NCBI GenBank assembly: GCA_001179505.1
Contig: CDMY01000755.1
Location: forward strand, 1-23,953
DNA from: Vitrella brassicaformis CCMP3155
Lineage: Eukaryota > Protista > Chromerida
Direction of reading: 5' to 3'
Length of the DNA: 23,953 nt
Below are positions 1 to 9,000 of this stretch, in pieces. How positions within the stretch are numbered: position 1 is the stretch's first letter; each line of letters starts with the position of its first letter. The notes below the pieces were generated by a model. It did not search any database and was not told the origin of the DNA. It saw only the letters and a list, made by a program, of their open reading frames with translations. The position numbers and the translations under genes were made by a program.

Positions 1-1033
1 CCTGCTGCTGCTTGCTCCGGGTGAGGGCGTGGCGGATGGTGGCACGATGGTCGCCAGGGTGGAACGGAGCCTTGCCTTGGACGGACTTGGAGACCACCTT
101 GGTGCTCGCGCGGGAAGCGGGGTAGGCGGCTGCGGCACGGTCGAGAGGGTCACGTATGCCGGTGCCGCCATGCCGGGCAGGCAGCAGCATCAGGTCGACC
201 TCGGACGGCGTCACAGGGCCGCCGAGGAGGGCCGGCAGCAGCTCCTTGGCGATGGCCTCGCGGAGGGGGCTGAGAGCGCACTCGTCGGTGAGCACGACAC
301 GAAAGACGTAGTCCCACTCCATCTGCAGAGACCTCGTCATTGCCGCGTGGGCCGTGTGTGGGAAGTTGCGGGCAGCAGACGTGAGCGCGCGCACGCCGCG
401 CACCCACCCCTCGACCTTCTCGCAGAGGAACGCCGCCCTTCCCCCCTCATCGCCCACGTAGCCGCCCAGGAACCTCTTGCCCGTGACGATCTGCACCCCC
501 TCGGGCTCGAAGAGTTCCCTTGCGATCTGCTCGAGCTCGGGTTTGACGACGAGGAAGGACTTGGCGGTCTCTGGGTGATAGCCGTATGAGGGACCGATGC
601 GACGCAGGGCTCGAAACCACACGAGGATGCCGTGAAGTTTGCCGAGCGCCGACGAGTCATCCGCATACCAGCACTGCCGCAGCGAAGCGCTAGATGAAGA
701 GGCCGACGGGGCTGACGAGGCCGACAAACTCTCCTCCTCACCAACTCCAACACCTTCTACATCAGAACACACACATACACCCGCACCATCCCCCTCTGCT
801 TCTGGTGGCGTGTCACTGGCTTCTTCTGGCCTCTCTTGCGCTTCTGATGGCGCGTTTTCGTTCTCGTCCATGTCTGACCCAGACCCATCGCTGCCTGACT
901 CATCCCATGCCCCACTCGACGGCATCTCATATCCCTCCTCAGCGCAGGCAGCCCGCAGGGCATGGATGAGGGGAAGGCTGCCGCAGGCGTAGACGAACAT
1001 CGCCATCGAATCGCCCTGTGTGACGCCTTCACG
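1..1033 (-). CDS. Reverse transcriptase ORF (partial: N-terminal RT motifs missing, C-terminus outside the window)
   Basis: About 344 codons with no stop, containing QGD and YADD in the same frame. Not listed in the ORF track because no stop codon falls inside the window. Whether it is translated is unknown. Confidence 0.75.
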
Positions 1034-1035
1034 AT
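1..1035 (-). mobile_element. Non-LTR retrotransposon fragment, 5'-truncated, continuing past the window start (early-branching CRE/R2-like type by motif appearance)
   Basis: Manual minus-strand translation is open from ~1035 to base 1. It reads REGVTQGDSMAMFVYACGSLPLIHAL (RT motif B', 956-1033), LRQCWYADDSSALGKL (motif C, W codon 668-670), GPSYGYHPETAKSFLVVKP, RFLGGYVG and LLPARHGGTGIRDP (LPxxxGGxGI-type post-RT motif of early-branching non-LTR elements). No RT similarity is recognisable upstream of ~1040. The clade assignment is inference. Confidence 0.88.
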
Positions 1036-1071
1036 CACGATAGTGCCGAAACCGAAGAAATTGCCTCGTGG

Positions 1072-2481
1072 ATGAGCTCCTTCCCAAGATCCGCTGCGCC
1101 TTTGCAAGCGATGGATCTGCTCCCCGCGCCGGTGGCAGATGTTTCCACAGCCAGTGCTCTCGTCCGCGCGTCCGCCTCCGCCCTGCTGGACGATGCGGCG
1201 CACAATGTCGGCAAATGTCTGTTCCCAGGCTTGGAGCAGAGTGCCGATGTGATTGGACTCATCAAGACTATTCTCATGGCCATCGTCATCTCGCTGGTCG
1301 TGACTGCCTGCTGCGGTATTGCCGCCATCTGGTGTTTGGTCAAGCGCATGAAGACCGGCGAGAGGAGAATCGCTGCACTGGCTGCTGACGTGCAGACGGT
1401 CACCGCCAAGCAGCAGGGAGCCGAGACGAACGTGCAGCGACTCACGGCAGATCTGCAGGGAGTGGCTGCGCGTCAGGAGAACCTCACTGCCGACCAGCAG
1501 AGAGTTGGTGCGGACGTGACCAACTTGGCCGCTGATGTGCAGAGCGCCGTCGACCGTCAGGAGGCCATGACCGCCGACATCCAGGGCCTCCGCGCGACCG
1601 TGGACGACTTGGCCTCCGACGTCCAGAACAACCACGAGGCCATCAATGCCGACGTTCAGGGACTGAGCCACAACGTGATCAATTTGGCCACCGACATCCA
1701 GGGACTCGTTGGCAACCAGCAAGCCATCACCGCCGACATCGAGGGACTCAAAGCGGACCAGCAGCGAATGGGAGCCGACGTGCAGCAGCTTGCAGCTGAC
1801 GTGCAGAAACTCGGCCCCGATGTCCAGAGGGTGGCTGCCGACATACAGGGACTTACCGCGAGTGTGGCCAATCTGGCCGCTGACGTGGACGGACTCATGA
1901 CCAATCAGCAGGCCATGACCGCCGACATGCAGGGCCTCCGCGCAACCGTGGACGACTTGGCCGTTGACCTCCAGAACAACACGGTGGCCATCAATGCCGA
2001 CGTTCAGAGACTGAGCGAGAACGTGACCAATTTGGCGACTGACGTGCAGGGCATCGTGGGCAACCAGCAAGCCATTACCGCCGACATCGAAGGACTCCGC
2101 GCGACCGTGGACAACTTGGCCGCTGATGTGCAGGCCGTCGTCGGCAATCAGCAAGACATGACCAGCCACATTCAGGAACTTGCCGCGAGCCAGAAGACAA
2201 CTCGGCTCGTGGTGACGGCGGTGACGGCTGGAGGACTGGCAGTGATCTACGGGGAGCGGCGCTTGTGGGGCATGGTGAGGGGTTTGGACGGGAAGATAGA
2301 GGCGAGGGTGATTGGGAAAATAGGGGCGAGGGTGATTGGGAGGATAGAGGCGATGGAAGCTCTCTTGGGAGAGAAAGTGGAGAGCAGCTTCAAGGAGCTA
2401 GAGGGGAAGATAAAGAAGATGAATGGGGCTGTGGGGAAGGTGACGAAGGGGGCGGCTGGCCAGGCGGTGGTGCCACTTTGA
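1072..2481 (+). CDS. Intronless membrane-anchored coiled-coil repeat protein (469 aa; alternative start ATG 1111), function unknown
   Basis: Long ORF with GC3-rich codons. Hydrophobic segment ILMAIVISLVVTACCGIAAIWCLV (~1270-1341), about 280 aa of LxADV/IQ heptads, and a second hydrophobic segment LVVTAVTAGGLAVIYG (2206-2253). Confidence 0.75.
   Translation: MSSFPRSAAPLQAMDLLPAPVADVSTASALVRASASALLDDAAHNVGKCLFPGLEQSADVIGLIKTILMAIVISLVVTACCGIAAIWCLVKRMKTGERRIAALAADVQTVTAKQQGAETNVQRLTADLQGVAARQENLTADQQRVGADVTNLAADVQSAVDRQEAMTADIQGLRATVDDLASDVQNNHEAINADVQGLSHNVINLATDIQGLVGNQQAITADIEGLKADQQRMGADVQQLAADVQKLGPDVQRVAADIQGLTASVANLAADVDGLMTNQQAMTADMQGLRATVDDLAVDLQNNTVAINADVQRLSENVTNLATDVQGIVGNQQAITADIEGLRATVDNLAADVQAVVGNQQDMTSHIQELAASQKTTRLVVTAVTAGGLAVIYGERRLWGMVRGLDGKIEARVIGKIGARVIGRIEAMEALLGEKVESSFKELEGKIKKMNGAVGKVTKGAAGQAVVPL
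1522..2097 (+). repeat. Internal duplication: two 228-bp (76-aa) copies at 1522-1749 and 1870-2097, within 21/42-bp heptad repeats
   Basis: Copy 1 NLAADVQSAVDRQEAMTADIQGLRATVDDLASDVQNNHEAINADVQGLSHNVINLATDIQGLVGNQQAITADIEGL aligns without gaps to copy 2 NLAADVDGLMTNQQAMTADMQGLRATVDDLAVDLQNNTVAINADVQRLSENVTNLATDVQGIVGNQQAITADIEGL. Offset is 348 bp. Confidence 0.9.
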
Positions 2482-2699
2482 CGGGATTTGCGGGGGTGGT
2501 TGGTGTGCTCCTCCGGGCGGGCAGTTTCTTTCAGGGTGTTCGGGAGGAGCGTTTGCGATTTTCTATACTGTGTGATTTTTCTACTGTCTGACCCGATGTT
2601 GATCAGCAGTATGGCTGTGCAATGCACGTGGGCCTCTGATGAGGCTGCATATCTACATGCAGACGCCGACGATTTTTAAACACATGTATTGAATGAAGG

Positions 2700-5600
2700 A
2701 ATGCACGCAGACAGACACCGACGAGTCTGCCTGTCCATCTCATCTCCTGCAGACAGACGCATGGCATGCAGGTCAGTGGCACGCACAAGCAGGCCATCCA
2801 TCCATCCATCAGTCAATCAAGTGATATGAGCACACAGACCGCACACACATGAGCTTCGTTATCACAGTAGTGGTCGTCGTATCATCAGACAGAGACAGAT
2901 AGACAGCCAGGCGCACACACATGGGCTGAAAAAACGAAGGACGGCCCTCTCTGTTCCGCTTGTTGGGGTGCGCGTGCTGCCTGAAAGGGGCCATCGGTCA
3001 GTCAGACGGCCACATATCCCCCACACACAGACACACGAGGGACCAGAAAACGGCCGTCGCCAGCTGCTGCCGGTGTCGGCTGTCTGTGTGAGACAGTGTG
3101 AGCAAGCAGCCAATGGTCGCCCACTGCACTGCCTGAATGTATGTGGGGGTGTGTCTGTGTGTGGTGTGGTGGTGCTGTATTTGTTACAAATAGACTACAG
3201 ATAGAGAAAGAAGGGAAGAGACAAGCACGGATCGGATGGACAGGCAGACAAGGGAAGCAGGCAGGCAGGCAGGCAGGAAGGCAAAAGGGCGTTCAGGCAG
3301 AGAATCGCGCTATTAAAACAGAGCGAGCGAGGTTGTTCGGTGGAGTGAGAGAGAGCCCTCCAATCGGTGTGCCGTCGGCTGTCTGTCCTTCTGCCCATCC
3401 TCGCCGCCCGCCCATCCCCCAGCCCCCCGCACCCCCACCCAGGTCGACCACTACACACGCACTCGTATGGAAACACAGAGATAGAGGAGACATAGAGCAA
3501 CAGGGATACGTTTCTTATCAACAGGCGGCCACTCACACACGAGAGTGGCCGTCACACAACACTCAAACCGCCCACCCACCCATCCCCTCACCCACAATAC
3601 AATAATACTCCTGATGCTGCGCTTTGCTGCTTTCTGTTCCCTGCAGGTCTTTTTTTTGTTTTCTTCCTTGTTTTGTGTTGTTTGCTAAGGGGTGAGCAGT
3701 CGGGCAGGTCTCGTAGGCAGGCCCGCCATGCTCTATCGACAGCCGATGAACGAACCAATGAATGGAAGAAGCGGGGCAAAACACCAGACAGACAGACAGG
3801 CAGGCAGACAGACAGATATATGGAGAGAGGGGCCTAGGCAGACAGGGGGTATGAGGTTGGCAGCCAGGCAGACATGAAGACACAGGCATACACAGACAGA
3901 CAGACAGACAGTCAGACAGACACACACAGACATATAGACACATGGATTGGATATATACGGGATGGTTCTTATGAATGAGGAATGGTATGTATGTAGAGCA
4001 CCACCACGAGCAACGCATTGCCATCGACAGCGTCCCCCTCCCCCCCCCCCCCCCCCCCCCCCNNNNNNNNNNNNNNNNNNNNNNNNNNNNNNNNNNNNNN
4101 NNNNNNNNNNNNNNNNNNNNNNNNNNNNNNNNNNNNNNNNNNNNNNNNNNNNNNNNNNNNNNNNNNNNNNNNNNNNNNNNNNNNNNNNNNNNNNNNNNNN
4201 NNNNNNNNNNNNNNNNNNNNNNNNNNNNNNNNNNNNNNNNNNNNNNNNNNNNNNNNNNNNNNNNNNNNNNNNNNNNNNNNNNNNNNNNNNNNNNNNNNNN
4301 NNNNNNNNNNNNNNNNNNNNNNNNNNNNNNNNNNNNNNNNNNNNNNNNNNNNNNNNNNNNNNCGCCCACCCGCCCGCCCTTTTGCTTTCCTCCGAGCCGC
4401 CCTTCCGTCAGTCCCCATTTGTCGATAACAAAGTCCCTCTGACCACACTCCCTCGCCGCTTTGTCGTTCTGCGCTCAAGCAAAAAGGCCTCAGTGAGGCC
4501 ACTCACTGGGTCACACACAGAGAGAGATACGACATCGCATGGATGGCATGGCACTCTCCGCTCCTCCCTCCCCCAATCATACGATAGCTACCCTCCGTCC
4601 TTCGTTGTATCGGTCGTCCTGTATGTTTTTGTCCCGCCCCTATCCACAGTAGCACATCACTTACGTCAGACAGACAGTCCACCGCGCCGCGCCATCGCAT
4701 CCCACCGCACCGCTTGCACTCCCTCCCCCATTGCCATTGCTTGTAGCCCCACGTATCATCATATCGCCTTCTCCCTCCGTTGGCTTGCCTTTGTACACAC
4801 CAAGAGTGAGTCAGTCAGTCAGTCGAATCGACGAGACGAACACTGAACGAATGAATGAATGGCCTACCACGCCCCCACGCATCCTCCCACCCACTCTCCC
4901 AGCAGGCCTTGCTAGTTCATTCATCCCATGTATGTGTGTCAGAGTCCGTGTGTTGGTGTGTGTGTGTGGGTCAGTGGGTGGATAGTGTTTGTTATCGACA
5001 GAGCGAGTGACGCCTACGCACACATGATGCATGATGCCCATCAATGAACGAACGGATGGACGCATGGATGGATGGATGCATCGGGACCGAGAAATAGACA
5101 GCCACACCGCCACACAGAGAGGGAGAGAGAGAGATCGATGACTGGCTGGCTGCCTGGCTGGGAGGGCTGGTTGGGGTGATGATGGATGGAAATCGACAGA
5201 CAAAATCGTGATGGTGATGGTCAACCGACCAGACACACAGACAGATGCACAGCCAAGGCCCCTCCCGCCCGCTCTTTTTTCTTGTGCCGTGCCGTGCTCT
5301 GCGGTGAGTGTCTGGCCTTCACCCCCACCGCGCTACACACCGACACTAACTACGTGTCTGAGCAAGCCGATGTGATGCGAAGCGAGTGGGAAGGCCGGAC
5401 ACAAACCGCCGCGCACAGCGGCACAGACGTACTCGACCGAGTGAATGCATTGCAGAGGGGCAGGACGGCATGCGATGCATCCATCCACTCATCCATCCAC
5501 CCACCCATCCCTCCCACCGACCCACCCACATCGACAGCCACACGACGCCACGCCAAAAAGAAAAAATAGGCAGTGCCCACTCACCCCACCCAGCGACGTC

Positions 5601-6000
5601 GCAGACAGACAGACAGACAGACGTCCAGCCACCGACCACCGAGCCCGATCCCGTTTGTTTGTTATTGTGATGTGATGACGACACGACACGACCACCGCGA
5701 ATTTGAAAGTCAAGACAAAAATTAAAACCCCGACGCTGAACTCCACTCCACACGCACACGCACCAGCACACTCATCATGATGCAGCCGCCCGCCCCTTCA
5801 TGGACGAAGGAAACCGCACTCACTCCGCCCACCCACCACTCAGCCAGCCAGGCAGCCAGCCAGCCAGTCACCCCGGAAAAATGCCAGCATCCATCCATCC
5901 ATCCATGTTTGTGTCTGTCGGTCGGTCGGTCGGTCATCATGCAGGCAGGCAGGCAGGCAAAGATGCCCTCACTCCTCCCTCCGTCTCTCCGTTTCTCTCC
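2700..6000. repeat. Microsatellite-rich non-coding region: (CAGA)n, (GCAG)n, (GATG)n/(CATC)n, (CA)n, (GGTC)n, (GCCA)n
   Basis: Examples: gcaggcaggcaggcagg ~3257-3277, cagacagacag ~3785-3920 and ~5603-5620, gatggatggatg ~5066-5078, gtcggtcggtcggtc ~5917-5935. No consistent coding exons were found. Confidence 0.7.
4063..4362. other. Assembly gap (300 N), preceded by a poly-C tract
   Basis: Directly visible; a run of more than 20 C lies immediately upstream. Confidence 0.99.
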
Positions 6001-6003
6001 CCC

Positions 6004-9000
6004 TCACTTGCCCGCCTGTCGGCCGTTGTTGCCCTGCTGCTGCTGCTGCTGGTTGTCGCTCTGGCTTCCGTCGTTGTGGCCACCACGGTTGCCGCGTCGG
6101 TGATGTCGGCCGCCGCCTGAGTGCTTCTGAGGCGCCTTGAGGATGGTCGGGGGTGGATATGCCGACTGACCCACCGAGCCGACTGCATTGTCGGCGGTGC
6201 TGCTGTTGGTGTTGCTGGCCTGCTGCTGCTGCTGCTGCTGAGGGCTTTGGCTCTGCTGGGTTTGGTTCTGCTGCTGGGTGCTGGTGGCGTGGCGAGTGCG
6301 GGTGCCGTGGGCCTTCTTGCCAGGGATGGTGCCGCGCATCGAGAAGATCTTGGTCTCGCCGGCACGCGGCTGGCCATTGCTCTTGGGCGGCTGCTTGTTG
6401 CTGGCGCCACTGCCACTGTCACTTCCCTGCTGCTGCTGCTGGGTGGTGGTGGTGGTGGTCTTGCCATTGGTCTGGGGTGGAGGGGGCGGGGGCGGGTGTG
6501 AAGGCGCAGAGGGCGGCAGGAAGGGCAGGCTCAGGACGGCCGGCTCGGAGGGGCCCTCCTTGTCGGTGCTGTCGCTGGCGCCCTCCTTGTCGTCGTCGCT
6601 TGATGGGTGGTGAGTGGGGGCCATGCCCATGACGCCGTCCGCCGTCTTGTGTGCGAACGGCGGGCTGGGGATCGACGAGATCGCCTGTGCGAAGGCCACG
6701 CTCTTCTGCTTGGCGCCCTCCACGCCTCCCACACCGGGCGACGGCGTCGCGTCTGTCTGAGCCGAAAGCTGCTGGGAGTCGCTCGTGACACTTGTGGCGG
6801 CCGAGCCCTGCTGTGAGGAGCTGACGGTCGACGGCGTGATTTCCGTGGAGGGGCCGAATGTCTGGCTCCAGGGCGGGCTGGCGTTGGCCTGGTCATAGTG
6901 CAGCTGCATCTCGAGCTTCTGCAGGATGTCAATGCCGCCCGCCGAGCCGGAGGGCGTGAAGGCCTTGGCCCCCGGGTTCAGGGTGGACTCGCTCACGATC
7001 ATCTTGCTCGACGACAGAGTGGCGGGGGCCAGCTCGGCCGCCTTGGGGGTGCTGCTCGATGCGGCGGACATCATGGCGCCGCAGCTGCTTCCGGTGCTGC
7101 TGCTCATGGTGGCGGGGCTGCTGCTGCTGCTGTGGGAGAGGAGGGTGGTTGTGGTCTGTGTGGTCGTCTGGGTGGTTTGGGTGGTCTGGGTTGTGGTGGT
7201 GGTCAGGACGCCGGCAGCGGACGATGACGCGCTCGGTCCCGCTGTGTTGCTGGTGGTGGTGGTGTGAGTCGTCTGGGTGACCTCTGACCGCTGGGCCAGC
7301 TCGGCGATGCACGAACGGAGCTTCGTGGTGGCGTCAAACTCACTGGCGAGGACACAGGCAGGGATGTGATTGGATTGAGACACAGAGGTTGTTCAACGGG
7401 CGCGGCGCACCTCAGTTTGGCTTGTATCATGGCATTTTGCAGGTCTTCGTAGAGGGAGGAGGTGCGGCATACCATGGCAGCATCGTCCTGAGACACACAC
7501 ACATGACATGACGCACGTGTCGTGTGTGTCGGTCGGCACATTGTGTATGTGTGTGCGCAGAAAGAAAGCGTACCACAGATCGCTGCAGCTGCACTTCCAG
7601 CATGACGATGCGATTGCACGCCTCCATCAGCTGACTCTCAATCGACGTCCCTGCACACACCACACACACCCGCACCACAACACCCACATCCATCCAGACC
7701 GCTCGCTGCTATCCCCTGCTCCCTCCCTCCTCACCATTAGCAGCCTTCTGGATGGTCTCAACGACTTGCTTGGCTCTTGCGCGGACCTCCTCTTGCGAGA
7801 GGATGGTCTCACTCTCACCAACCTTCCGGTCGCCCACCGACTGCCTCTGCAGCTGGTGGTGTGGCTGTGCCTGCGACGACACGGGCATCGACGGCTCGCT
7901 CTTGGGCGTCACCTCGTCGCGGTCGCCGTCCGACCACCGTCTCGTGCCCTCATCGCCATACCCACACCCCACGTGACGATGCACCAGCGACGCCGCCGAC
8001 TTGCTCTTGGGCGTGTTGTCCATGCCCATGCCCATGGGGCCGGTCAGCGACTGGCTCGTGGGGGTGCTGGGCGGGAGGGTCTTGGCGGGTCGGCTGGCGA
8101 GTGCGTGTCCGTGTCCGTGTGTGGGATCGGTCTGGGCCTTCCAGACTTTGTGCTGGAGCTCCGACAGGCGGCGGATGAGCGTCTCGAGCTGTTTGCGGGT
8201 GATGTCTGCCTGGCACTCGCGCTTCTGCTCGGTGTTGCGGAACGTCGTGTACGCCCGAAGCACCACTGCTGTGGGCACCGCCGTCGCAACGTCCTTGCTG
8301 CAAAGCAAAGCGCGTCCACACAGGAGCCAACGACGAGTGGGTGCGTCGCTTGGCGTGGGGGGGTTGTGGTGGGTGCAATGCAATACAGTGGCTGTGCTGT
8401 GCTGTGCTTACGCCATCTTTTTGGATTCGGTGAAGAACTTCTTGAGAATGTATGTGAGCTGGATGATGTCCGGCAGCACCTTGCCGAGCTCGCTGTACGC
8501 CCCCTGCACCAGCGGCACCAGCGTCTCCTTCTTGACAACATCCACCTCACCCACACCAGCACCAGCACCATTCTTATCGCCCTCCTTGCCCTCGCCCGCA
8601 CCCGCAGAGCCCTCCTCATCTCTGTGTTCGGGAATGGCCTCAGTGACCACATTGGCCAGCGTCGCGTTGGTGGTGGTGGCGGCTCTGGGCGTCACGCGAT
8701 GCGTGGCCGACCCGCTCGGGGACGGCGCATTGACACTGGCGACGGCGGGCGAGTCGTCGGTGGCGGTCTTGGAGACGTCGAATGACTGGCGTGTGGAGGG
8801 CGGGAGTGAGGGGATGGCACCGTGTGTGGTGGTGGCTGTGCGGGAGGGGGGCGGGAGGGCTGGGCCCAGGTGCATATCGTCCCACGCCTTGCGCAAGCGC
8901 TGGGTCGTCCCGCGGACACCCTTCTCGACCTGACCAAGGCAAGCGAAGTGAAATGAATAGTGACATGCAGACAGAGCCATCCCATCCGCCGTCCCGTCTC

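Noticed and set aside
430-445. Suspected frameshift in the RT at a C-run
   Set aside because: Recounting the six C's gives a continuous frame (YVGDEGGRAAFLCEKV), so there is no frameshift.
757-780. 24-nt GT...AG segment inside the RT insertion resembling a mini-intron
   Set aside because: Much shorter than every modelled intron here (about 47 nt or more), and it reads through in frame anyway.
29-992. Plus-strand ORFs 29-589 and 639-992, and minus ORFs 337-753 and 150-407
   Set aside because: Shadow or off-frame readings of the RT. The true RT frame is a different minus frame that is open to the window edge.
1522-2160. Regularly spaced repeats as a possible CRISPR array
   Set aside because: They are in-frame coding heptad repeats with no unique spacers, no cas genes and a eukaryotic context.
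757-2169. 470-aa minus-strand ORF
   Set aside because: Antisense shadow of the repetitive plus-strand coiled-coil ORF. Its repeats mirror that gene and it has no independent motif.
3563-4846. ORFs spanning the N-gap, and likewise those across 19750-20049
   Set aside because: Artefacts of X-translated Ns.
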